From: an uncultured delta proteobacterium
GTDB lineage: Bacteria; Desulfobacterota; Syntrophorhabdia; Syntrophorhabdales; WCHB1-27
DNA: 64,000 nucleotides
Assembly (NCBI GenBank): GCA_963810935.1
Contig: CAWEPK010000007.1
Location: 64,001 to 128,000, forward strand
Direction of reading: 5' to 3'
A program made the translations under genes and the position numbers. The stretch's first letter is position 1. Every line of letters starts with the position of its first letter. The notes beneath the pieces are model-generated. The model did no database searches, had not been told where the DNA came from, and was given only the letters and a program-made list of their open reading frames with translations. Below, in pieces: positions 38,998-47,500 of this stretch.

Positions 38998-39833
38998 CGG
39001 ACTGGCCGGGCATCCTCCAGGCAAGGGACGTTTCATACTCATATCACGGGAAGATCACCGCGTTGTCCGGCGTCACGCTCGACATCCCGGAAGGCCGGAT
39101 AGTGGCTGTCATAGGCTCCAACGGATGCGGCAAATCGACGCTCCTCCACGTGCTCGACGGCCTGGTCTACCCCGCTTCCGGCGCGGTGCTATTCAAGGGG
39201 GCGGAGGTGAGCGAGCGCTCCCTGAAGGACCCGCAGTTTTTGCGCCGCTTCAGGGGGGAGGTCGGCTATGTCTTCCAGGATTCGGACGTCCAGCTATTCT
39301 GCCCGACCGTGCTCGACGAGTTGAAGTTCGGGCCTTTGCAGCTCGGCCTCGGCGACAAAGAGGCGCAGGATAGGGGCATGCAGGTGCTGGAGATGCTGGA
39401 GGTAAGCGCCCTAGCGGACAGGCCGCCGTACATGCTTTCGTCAGGCGAGAAGAAGAGGGTGGCCCTGGGCGCGGCGCTTACCATGAACCCGGACGTCCTG
39501 CTGATGGACGAGCCGACGAACGGCCTCGACCCGAGGACGCAGGTTTTCCTGGTGGAGCTGGTCCTCGCCCTGAATGAGGCGGGCAAGACGATTGTGATCG
39601 CCACCCACGACCTGTCGCTGGTAAGCGAGCTGCGGTGCACGGTCGCGGTGCTTTCGGAAGCGCACGCGATCGAGCGCATCGGAGAATCGGAAGCGATACT
39701 TAACGACAACGAGCTTCTTTTAAAAGTGAACCTGATCCACGAGCACGTGCACTTCCACGGCGAAGTAGCCCACCGTCATATCCACTCGCATTACCTGTTC
39801 CATCGACATAACGAAAGTGCGAAAATAATATAA
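38988..39833 (+). CDS. nikO: ECF ATPase (NikO/CbiO) with His-rich C-terminus
   Basis: GSNGCGKST, LSSGEKKR and LMDEPT; tail HEHVHFHGEVAHRHIHSHYLFHRH. Confidence 0.9.
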   Translation: MAVTDWPGILQARDVSYSYHGKITALSGVTLDIPEGRIVAVIGSNGCGKSTLLHVLDGLVYPASGAVLFKGAEVSERSLKDPQFLRRFRGEVGYVFQDSDVQLFCPTVLDELKFGPLQLGLGDKEAQDRGMQVLEMLEVSALADRPPYMLSSGEKKRVALGAALTMNPDVLLMDEPTNGLDPRTQVFLVELVLALNEAGKTIVIATHDLSLVSELRCTVAVLSEAHAIERIGESEAILNDNELLLKVNLIHEHVHFHGEVAHRHIHSHYLFHRHNESAKII

Positions 39834-39854
39834 GAGTGAGCGAATTAACGTTCG

Positions 39855-40064
39855 CTAACGCGAGCGGACTAGCGCTTCGTATTGCTCGCTGTCCCAGCAC
39901 GAGCGGAAGAAACTGCACTCCCGGCATCGTTCTATCCGGCCCGTCTCTATCAGGTATCGCTTGCCCGACCTGTCGGTCACCCCGTGCTTTGCCATCTCGC
40001 CGATGCATGGGGGCGTCCCCGATTTGCAGCCGTGCCTGTTGTCGCAGTTGATGCAATAACTCAT
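39855..40064 (-). CDS. Small Cys-rich protein (69 aa)
   Basis: MSYCINCDNRHGC...PPC...CRECSFFRSC; the first ~14 codons are duplicated at ~40213..40254. Confidence 0.6.
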   Translation of the reverse strand: MSYCINCDNRHGCKSGTPPCIGEMAKHGVTDRSGKRYLIETGRIERCRECSFFRSCWDSEQYEALVRSR

Positions 40065-40105
40065 TTGCTTTGCAATATAAGATACAGGGTGGCGTGTTGC
40101 AAGGC

Positions 40106-40208
40106 AGGGGCGACGCAAGCCCCAGTAAGCCGTTACCGTCTCTTCCTTTTTATGAGGGGGTGGCTCCGCCAGCTTTGCTGGTGGAGGGGGCGACGCAAGC
40201 CCCAGTAA
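40106..40208 (-). repeat. Family A (REP-like) repeat: one full copy (40138..40208) and one partial copy (40106..40128)
   Basis: Minus strand: TTACTGGGGCTTGCGTCGCCCCCTCCACCAGCAAAGCTGGCGGAGCCACCCCCTCATAAAAAGGAAGAGAC. Confidence 0.85.
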
Positions 40209-40398
40209 TTGTTTTGCAGCCGTGCCTGTTGTCGCAGTTGATGCAGTAGCCCATATGTTTCCCGTTTGCCGTGAAGGCTGTTGCGAGCAATATAAGATAT
40301 GGTGCGGCCGGTTGCAAGCTGCCGGCCTGACGGCAGGGGCAAAATATAGATTGTCCGGCCCGGCGCGTTCGGTGTTAGGATAGAATATGAGGGAGTTT

Positions 40399-41892
40399 AT
40401 GGTGCATGCTGCGGACGGGTGTAATTTCGTGTTCGGGGAGGCGACCATCGCCGGCATACACGCCGCGATGAAGGCGGGCAGGCTCACCGCCAGGCAGCTA
40501 GTCGAGATGTACCTCGCCCGCATCGAGGCCTACGACAAAAAAGGGCCGGCGATTAACGCCGTGATCCTGGTCAACCCCAACGCTGCCAAAGAGGCGGACG
40601 CACTCGACGGGAAGCTCAGGAAGTCGGGCTTTGTCGGGCCGCTGCACGGCATCCCGGTGCTCCTGAAAGACAACGTCGAGACCGCAGACATGGCGACGAC
40701 TGCCGGATCGTTGAGCCTCAAAGGCTTCATGCCGCCGGCCGACGCCCCGATAGTCGCCAGGATGCGGAAAGCCGGGGCGATAATCATCGCCAAGGCCAAC
40801 CTGCACGAATTTGCCATGGCGGGCGAGACGTTCAGCTCGATCGCCGGCCAGACCTTAAACCCATACGACCTTACGAGGACGCCGGGCGGATCGAGCGGCG
40901 GTACGGGCGCGGGCCTTGCCGCCGATTTCGCCGTCGCAGGCATAGGTACCGACACGGTCAACTCGGTGCGCTCCCCTGCCAGCGCCAACAGCATTGTCGG
41001 TATCAGGCCGACCATCGGCGTAGTGAGCAGGTCGGGCATCGTCCCGTACGCGCTGACGCAGGACACGGCAGGCGCCATGGCGCGCACAGTGGCAGATGCC
41101 GTGCTGCTGCTCGACGTCATCGCAGGCTATGACCCGCAGGATGCATCGACTGCCTGGGGTGTGGGCCGCATACCGGAGACATATACGGCGTTTCTTAAGA
41201 AAGGCGGGCTCAAAGGGGCGCGGATAGGCGTGCCTCGCGGCTTCTTCGGTACGGGGCCCGAGCACGCGGAGGTGAACGCGGCTGTTCGCGCCTCGATAGA
41301 GATGATGAAAAAGCACGCGGCGATTGTTGTCCCCTTCGACTGCGATATATCCACGGACAATCTGGTGTCGGACGTGAGCGTCCACACAATGGAGCTGAGG
41401 GACCACCTCGACGCCTACCTGAAATCGCGCAAGGCCCCGGTGAAATCGCTTGAGGAGGTCTATGCCTCGGGCAAGTTCCATCCCGGCATTGGAAGCATCA
41501 TCAGACAGGCACTCGGTCTTTCGACGAGCGACGTGGAGTACAAGGACCGGCTCATAAAAAGGGCGAGGCTTCAGGATGCGTTCATGAAGATCATGGCGGA
41601 CAACAGGCTCGACGCGATGATTTTCCCGCACCAGCGCTGCCTTGTAGCGCCGGTCGGCCGGACGCAGGCCGAAAGGCAGGGGATATTGACCTCCGCGACC
41701 GGGTTCCCCTCTATCGTGATGCCTGCCGGTTTTTCCGCGCCTTCGGAGACAGCGCCTATCGGCATGCCCATAGGCATCGAGCTTGTGGGCAGGCCGTGGA
41801 GCGATGGAGAGCTGATAAGGCTTGCCTACTGCCTGGAGCAAGCCGCGAAATCAAGAAGACCCCCGGTAAGCACCCCGTCCCTGCAACAATAA
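40399..41892 (+). CDS. Amidase-signature family enzyme
   Basis: GIPVLLKDN, GGSSGG and GTDTVNSVRSPAS (Lys-Ser-Ser triad region). Confidence 0.93.
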   Translation: MVHAADGCNFVFGEATIAGIHAAMKAGRLTARQLVEMYLARIEAYDKKGPAINAVILVNPNAAKEADALDGKLRKSGFVGPLHGIPVLLKDNVETADMATTAGSLSLKGFMPPADAPIVARMRKAGAIIIAKANLHEFAMAGETFSSIAGQTLNPYDLTRTPGGSSGGTGAGLAADFAVAGIGTDTVNSVRSPASANSIVGIRPTIGVVSRSGIVPYALTQDTAGAMARTVADAVLLLDVIAGYDPQDASTAWGVGRIPETYTAFLKKGGLKGARIGVPRGFFGTGPEHAEVNAAVRASIEMMKKHAAIVVPFDCDISTDNLVSDVSVHTMELRDHLDAYLKSRKAPVKSLEEVYASGKFHPGIGSIIRQALGLSTSDVEYKDRLIKRARLQDAFMKIMADNRLDAMIFPHQRCLVAPVGRTQAERQGILTSATGFPSIVMPAGFSAPSETAPIGMPIGIELVGRPWSDGELIRLAYCLEQAAKSRRPPVSTPSLQQ

Positions 41893-42325
41893 GCGGTCGG
41901 TCGTGCGAGGCCGTAGCACGTAATATAACCAATAATTACCAGCGGATGTATCACGATTGCAGTAGAGGGAAGGGGTGCCCTGAAACAGCCAAAACCGGCT
42001 AATAGGCTTGCTTCCAGGCGAGTCGCGGGATAGAATAGGGCGGAGAGGCTAGACCCTTTTTGGCCGGATTATATACGCGGTACTACATTCCATAATCATT
42101 TACCGGCTGTACCCCTCCTTAAGAGACAGGATTCCGTGGTCATAGATGTGTAACATGAAGCATATAGACAGAGATATGAAGGAAAGTCGGGTAATGATTA
42201 AGATTTTTCTTGACATGCGCTATAAGTGGTTATACATTATTCGCGGCGCATGTAACGTTATTTGACTTTGCAAAAGCCATAATTGCCGTTTGACGAAGAA
42301 ACGGCAGGCCACCGGGGAGGACGGA

Positions 42326-42457
42326 ATGAGCAAAATCCGGTTCTATTTCTCCGTAATGCTGCTGACGAGGTTGTGTCCGCATTCCAGATTCACCAGAAGG
42401 ATACGGCTCGGCTGTCAGAGGCAGATCAGCGAGTACTTCAGGGCAAGGGGCCACTAG
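42326..42457 (+). CDS. Putative 43-aa basic small protein (MSKIRFYFSVMLLTRLCPHSRFTRRIRLGCQRQISEYFRARGH)
   Basis: GGGGAGG RBS; TTGACA-N17-TACATT promoter at 42210..42238; below the ORF-track length cut-off. Confidence 0.45.
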   Translation: MSKIRFYFSVMLLTRLCPHSRFTRRIRLGCQRQISEYFRARGH

Positions 42458-42461
42458 CATT

Positions 42462-42663
42462 GGGGCTAGCGTCGCCCCCTCCACGAGCGAAGCTCGCGGA
42501 GCCACCCCCTCATAAAAAGGAAGAGACACTGCGGCGCGGTTTGTGAAGATTAAGCCGGTGAGCCGGACTATCGCCGTTCTCGGCGCTGTGATTACCGGGG
42601 CTAGCGTCGCCCCCTCCACGAGCGAAGCTCGCGGAGCCACCCCCTCATAAAAAGGAAGAGACA
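42462..42663 (+). repeat. Family A: two identical 67-bp direct repeats (42462..42528 and 42597..42663)
   Basis: GGGGCTAGCGTCGCCCCCTCCACGAGCGAAGCTCGCGGAGCCACCCCCTCATAAAAAGGAAGAGACA occurs twice, separated by a 68-bp spacer. Confidence 0.95.
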
Positions 42664-42838
42664 TTCAAAGGCTTCCATAAGGGGACGGACGGCCCTTCGT
42701 ATTCGTCCGTGACGCTGCGACAGCCTCGATAGCCGGAGCGGTTGCCCGATGAGGGCCCGTCCCGCCGGCCATCGAGGCATTTTTTTGCCCCGCCGCTCAA
42801 TCGTTTTTTTATCCGCGTAAGATTTTATGAATGGGTTT

Positions 42839-43333
42839 TCAGGGCCCTTCAGGAGGGGCGGCATCCCGGCAGCGAAGGATGTTGATACCTTTCCAGGTCA
42901 TTACTGTCTCCCGGTGCTGGTTGAGCACCTCGACGAGGGCCCGGATAGAGCCCCGGTCAGGTTTTGTGCGCGACCTGCGCGCCTCCAGGATGGTTGCCCT
43001 CACCGAAAGCTTGTCTCCGGGGCGCACCGGTTTGAGCCAGCGCACCTTGTCGACGCCCGGGGAGCCCAGGCTTGCCGCGTGGGAGAGGTAATGTTCCACG
43101 ATCAGGCGCATGGCAAGGCTTGCAGTGAGCCAGCCGCTTGCGATGAGGCCGCCGAACGGGGTCTTCGCCGCGCCTGCCGGGTCGTTGTGGAAAACCTGCG
43201 GGTCGTAGCGGTTGGCGAAGGCGATCATCTCGTCCTGCTCGGCTGTTATCTCGCCGAACTCGTATACCGAGCCCAGTTCGTAGTCCTCGAAGTACCGGGT
43301 CTCGATGGGGGTTTTGAACTCGGAAGCAGCCAT
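42839..43333 (-). CDS. MaoC-family (R)-specific enoyl-CoA hydratase/dehydratase
   Basis: YFEDY, YDPQVFHND, FGGLIASGW and WLKPVRPGD. Confidence 0.92.
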   Translation of the reverse strand: MAASEFKTPIETRYFEDYELGSVYEFGEITAEQDEMIAFANRYDPQVFHNDPAGAAKTPFGGLIASGWLTASLAMRLIVEHYLSHAASLGSPGVDKVRWLKPVRPGDKLSVRATILEARRSRTKPDRGSIRALVEVLNQHRETVMTWKGINILRCRDAAPPEGP

Positions 43334-43454
43334 AGCTGACTTTAGATTAAAATAGTAAGAGAAGATTGTAAAGGGCACCCCCCACCCTGCCCGCTCCCCC
43401 AGGGGCGAGGGGAACAAAAGAAACCGCTCTTACCACCCACCGCTGTTGATCTCC

Positions 43455-43689
43455 GTAGTATCCCACATTGCTCCATAGTACCACCTGCTCTTACCGCCGC
43501 CCAAGGGATGCGCAGCGTAGCTGCTTCCGTTAGCGGCGGTCGCGGCCGGAGGAGCGCCTCAAGGGGTCGGGATAGGCGGATGCAATGTGAAGTGCGTCGG
43601 CCGGAGGCGTACGCATGTACGTCGGAGGGCACGCGCTGAGCAAGGCGCCGCATAGCGCGATCCCGCAGACGGCGCGAGTCCAGCCGCCC
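43455..43689 (-). repeat. 235-bp family C element, copy 1 (inverted relative to 63373..63607)
   Basis: The reverse complement aligns along its full length with 63373..63607; internal hairpin with ACGTAC..GTACGC core. Confidence 0.9.
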
Positions 43690-43762
43690 AAAGCATTGGT
43701 TTAGCTTTTTAGTTTTGTCGCTTGTTGATTAAAAACGCGATATAGGTGTGATCCCGTGCCCG

Positions 43763-44233
43763 CTATGCTACGAGGTAGTTCTGTAACGTCTGATAACTCT
43801 GAAAATCCGTGTCGACCAGCGTCAGGCCCATATTCGTCTGGGCATCCGCCCGCACGTGCCTGGGCGAGCACTGCATTGTCAGCGGTTTCTCGCTCTGCGG
43901 CAGAGCAAACACCAGCGACAACCTGGGTTCCCCATCCGACTCCTGAAACGAGCCGTTCGGCATCGAGAGGTTGAGGCCGCCCAACGAGATATCGTTTACC
44001 ATGCCCGCATGCACGACCCCATCCGGGCCCGTCACGAGGGCAGGGACGGAGATCTTCTTCCTGGGGTAGCGCCGCTTCTCTTCCTGCACCTTGACCGGCG
44101 CGCTCTTGCTCACATAATCATACAGAGCGTTCTCGATGACTGAAGAGAGTGACCTTCTGTCGTTCTGCGAAATGCCTTCGAGCGCCTTACGCAACTGCTC
44201 GGACGTACGAAAGCAGATAACGGTATCCCGCAT
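43763..44233 (-). CDS. Ribbon-helix-helix DNA-binding domain fused to a PilZ domain
   Basis: N-terminal ICFRTSEQLRKALE....RRSLSSVIENAL (RHH); RRYPR and DISLGG c-di-GMP-binding motifs. Confidence 0.82.
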   Translation of the reverse strand: MRDTVICFRTSEQLRKALEGISQNDRRSLSSVIENALYDYVSKSAPVKVQEEKRRYPRKKISVPALVTGPDGVVHAGMVNDISLGGLNLSMPNGSFQESDGEPRLSLVFALPQSEKPLTMQCSPRHVRADAQTNMGLTLVDTDFQSYQTLQNYLVA

Positions 44234-44560
44234 GATCCGCGACCTCTTCCAAATGTTTTTCTTATTTATACACCATAAAAAACCCCTTGTCCAGATAAAT
44301 GTAATACTTTGTTGGGAAAAAGTTGGACGTGGAGAAAGACCCGCTTCCGGACCCCGGAGGGCGGCGCGGGGGACGCCCTGACGGTTCTCCCCGCCGGAAA
44401 TAATTACCTAGTTACGCGGGGAAACGCTACTTTATAGCATAGAGGCCGGCCTGCATATGTGACAGCCAGAAGACCTCGACAACCGAAAACCCCGTGGCGT
44501 GCAGCAAGTCAAGGTGGGCGTCAATGGTGGTCGGAAAGTAATTTTTGTCGAGCAATCATT

Positions 44561-44726
44561 GGGGCTCAGCGCCCCCTCCACGAGCAAAGCTCACGGAGCC
44601 ACCCCCCTCGGCACTTCGCTACGCTCGCTTTGTTACTGCCGGGGGCTCGCGTCGCCCCCTCCACGCGACCCTTCTCTCCTTACGTCAGGCGGGCGCCCCG
44701 GCCACCCCCTCATAAAAAAAAGAGAC
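44561..44726 (+). repeat. Family A: two variant copies (44561..44609 and 44641..44726)
   Basis: GGGGCTCAGCGCCCCCTCCACGAGCAAAGCTCACGGAGCCACCCCCCTC and GGGGCTCGCGTCGCCCCCTCCAC...GCCACCCCCTCATAAAAAAAAGAGAC. Confidence 0.85.
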
Positions 44727-44894
44727 TGCGGCGCCGCTAGACTCCGTATCCCTTTGCAGATGATCGTAACACGCCTGCCGTCTGCGCTACAAGCGTGGGC
44801 ATTCGATGAGTGCTCAATTATCGGTGACATCTGCCGATAATCCTTTAGGATAGGCCAGCCGGATAAGCGTACAGGCAATCCACGGGGGAGTTAA

Positions 44895-45788
44895 ATGCTG
44901 ACGCGCGCCCAGGGGCGAATGAAGGCCATCGGGAAGGAAATGTCCGGCGATGAGCGGGACATCCTACTCGACATGCAGGAGAAGTTCCTGGAGACGATGG
45001 GCCTAGGCTTCGACCCGGAAGTCATGCAGATCCTCGACAACGAAGACGCTGCCCAGAAAGAGATAGAATCGATCAAGGACATGCTGAGCCCGCCGATCAG
45101 CGCGCGCCTGTACGGCGTGGGCAACTCCGTCTACTACGGCAGGATGCGAAAAGGGAACGTCAGCTCTTTTTTCGACGTGGTGATGCGGCTCGGCACAGTC
45201 CATACCAAGATGTATATTATCGTGCTCTCCCTTCTCCAGATGGCGAGCAGCGCCGACACCAGGGGGTTCCTCGCCGGGAGCATCGCTACGTCGATAATGG
45301 GGAAGATCGTCGCAGACAAAATGGGGTTGTCGCACGGCGCCGCGAGCAGGGCCGAGCTTGCCGGCCTGTTCCGCGACATAGGCAAGATGGTCGCACTGAC
45401 GTACGGGGAAAAAGAGCAGAAGTACCGGCCGGCAGAGGATTTCCCCAACAAGTTCAACCTCTTCATAGGCCTGAAAGTCGTCGAGCTGTTCCGCCTCCCC
45501 TCTTACCTCAACGACATACTCCTGGAAGACGCAGTTGCCTTCGATGAAGAATCGTTCGACGTCGCGACGATCGTGCAGATGGCGCGCCTGCTCGTCGCGG
45601 ACAGCTTTGCTTCGAAAGGCCGCCTGTCGCTGAAAGTACCTTTGTCGGACCGCGACGGCCTTGCCGTGAACCATTACGGCGATATGATAAGGGAGTGGTT
45701 CCGGGCCATAGGGCTCGATGAATACATAGAGATAGCGGAAGCGGCCACGGAAAGGCAGAGAAGGCTCCGTGCCGATAAAGGCGATTAG
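44895..45788 (+). CDS. HDOD-domain protein (degenerate HD motif)
   Basis: ISARLYGVGNSVYY...VMRLG, AGLFRDIGKMV and F.LP motifs. Start is uncertain. Confidence 0.78.
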   Translation: MLTRAQGRMKAIGKEMSGDERDILLDMQEKFLETMGLGFDPEVMQILDNEDAAQKEIESIKDMLSPPISARLYGVGNSVYYGRMRKGNVSSFFDVVMRLGTVHTKMYIIVLSLLQMASSADTRGFLAGSIATSIMGKIVADKMGLSHGAASRAELAGLFRDIGKMVALTYGEKEQKYRPAEDFPNKFNLFIGLKVVELFRLPSYLNDILLEDAVAFDEESFDVATIVQMARLLVADSFASKGRLSLKVPLSDRDGLAVNHYGDMIREWFRAIGLDEYIEIAEAATERQRRLRADKGD

Positions 45789-45816
45789 AAACTCAGGCGG
45801 CTTGTTGCTTTAGGGC

Positions 45817-46191
45817 CTAGAGCTGGTCGATGACGCTCCAGGGCACCCTTGCGGCGGCGAGCGCCGCTTCGTCCTCCTTTTTCCTGCTGATCTGCCACCC
45901 CCGGAGAATGCCCTTCCTTAGCTTTTTTGGCGCATCCCGGCCGGAAGAATCGGCTTCCCCGGACGTCACTTCTTTCCTCAGGAGGTCGGCGATGTCGAGG
46001 AACGCGGCATACTGCCTGACGTATCCTCTTACGTAAACGGGGTCGGGCAGCTCGCGCCAGTTGCCCGCCTCGATTGCGCCGACCACCCGTTTCCTTATGA
46101 ACAGGACTTCAGAAATCTCTTCGTACGATAACCCCTGGTGTTCCCTTGTTTCCCTAAGAAGCTGCCCTATTCTGGCGAGGTCGAAAGGCAT
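45817..46191 (-). CDS. Xre-type HTH protein (RodZ-like N-terminal domain, no TM)
   Basis: IG.LLR..RE..GLS...IS..L.I......AIEAG....LP..VYVRGYVRQYA; GGGGAGG RBS. Confidence 0.82.
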   Translation of the reverse strand: MPFDLARIGQLLRETREHQGLSYEEISEVLFIRKRVVGAIEAGNWRELPDPVYVRGYVRQYAAFLDIADLLRKEVTSGEADSSGRDAPKKLRKGILRGWQISRKKEDEAALAAARVPWSVIDQL

Positions 46192-46595
46192 CTAATCCTC
46201 CCCTATCTCTTAGACCGGCGGCTTGCTGCGTGCGCTGACTTTCGATCCGATCGTCCTGCCGCCGGGCACCGTGTTGGAGCCCGAGGGATATCGGCCTCGC
46301 CTTATTTTTCCCCAGGTGCAAGGGCTGCGGGCGCCTCTACCCAACGAGTGTTGCTCGACAAAGAACTCCCTTCCCGAAAGATATGAGAAGCAAAAGGCGT
46401 GCCCGAGATGGCGAACCGGCCGGGTTGAATATGCCTTATCCGTCTTTGACCGGTCCGGGCGCGCCGATGCGGGCGCCGGCGTCTTTTTGCGCGCCGCATT
46501 GGCGGTCGGTTTTGCGTTGCGCGGAGGCGACAAACGTGTCGATAACGCACAGGGCGGTCGACATTAATGTACTACTATGGGGCAGATAGCGCGCA

Positions 46596-47252
46596 TCAGG
46601 GCTCGCCCGGCTTGAAAGGCGGCTCTTTGCCCGGCGGTACGCTCTCCCGGGCCATGCTCAGCACCATCGCCAACGTCACGTATGTGCCGCTTAGCGTCGT
46701 CAAATCGACGATCTGTTGGTCGTTCAGGTATTTCTTCGTGCGGTTGTACGTGGCGTCAGAGACCTCGTGGGTCCTGGAAAGCTCCGTGCAGAAGTCATAG
46801 ACGGCCTCTACGTCGGGCGTCATGCCGGCGGGCCGTTTGTTGGCCTTGATGTCGTCCGCCACCTGTTTGGGGAGCCCCTCCTTTATCGCTAACGGGTAGT
46901 GGGCGTACCATTCGACCTGGCTGCGCCATTGCCGCGCGACGATCAGGATGGCGAATTCGGTGAGCTTGCGCGAAAGCGACGAATTCCAGCGGAGGTAATC
47001 GAGGAGGTCGTAAACGCGCTGGGCGAGCACGGGGCTCCGGAGGAGGGGGTTATACGGCCCGCCGAGACCGACGGCCGAGATCTTGACTATTTTTTCGCCG
47101 AGGGGGCGCTGCTGGTCGTTGAGCTGGTCGAGGGTGAGCTGCGGGAAGCGTTTGGGCTTGTCCGGGGCCTGGGCGTAAACGGGGGCGGCCGCGCCGAAGG
47201 AAAGGGCGGCAGCGACGACCAGAGAGGCGATTGCGAGAAGGGGGCGTTTCAT
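46596..47252 (-). CDS. Exported carboxymuconolactone decarboxylase (AhpD-like) family protein
   Basis: Signal peptide; GPYNPLLRSP, EFAILIVAR...EWYAH...A..EGL and DLT..SG.Y. Confidence 0.8.
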   Translation of the reverse strand: MKRPLLAIASLVVAAALSFGAAAPVYAQAPDKPKRFPQLTLDQLNDQQRPLGEKIVKISAVGLGGPYNPLLRSPVLAQRVYDLLDYLRWNSSLSRKLTEFAILIVARQWRSQVEWYAHYPLAIKEGLPKQVADDIKANKRPAGMTPDVEAVYDFCTELSRTHEVSDATYNRTKKYLNDQQIVDLTTLSGTYVTLAMVLSMARESVPPGKEPPFKPGEP

Positions 47253-47500
47253 CGGCTTCCTCCTTTGGTTTTTGTAAAAGTTGGATGAGATATGATACCA
47301 CTTCGGGCGGCATAACTGTGCAATCTTGACATCACCCCGGCAAAGGGCGTAGCCTGTCTATTATCCTCATGCGCAAAAGGCGCCTCCAATATGAGACATT
47401 GCGTATGGACGACACTCCTCGGTCTACTTACGGCGTGAAGGAAGAAATAGAATTACAATACGTCTACAAAGCCGTGGCCCCCTGGGGAAATGAGTGACTG

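Noticed and set aside
39855..40523. 222-aa ORF as annotated in the track
   Set aside because: The upstream part runs through repeats and overlaps the amidase start on the opposite strand. Only the last 69 codons look like a real gene.
42462..42663. Possible CRISPR array (identical direct repeats with a spacer)
   Set aside because: Only two units. The 67-bp repeat and 68-bp spacer are too long, there are no cas genes, and the repeat is dispersed elsewhere in the window.
42230..42664. 144-aa ORF with an internal repeat
   Set aside because: It is the antisense translation of the family A direct repeats.
43342..43653. Homologous ORFs 43342..43653 (-) and 63409..63615 (+)
   Set aside because: The similarity comes from the family C DNA repeat. 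No RBS, different ends and no protein-like motif, so probably not coding.
46200..46260. Possible c-di-GMP-I riboswitch upstream of the HTH gene (GAAA...GCAAGCC..GGTCTAAG on the minus strand)
   Set aside because: It lacks a recognisable P1 GGYAAA start and the closing 3' strand of P2; the resemblance is only partial.
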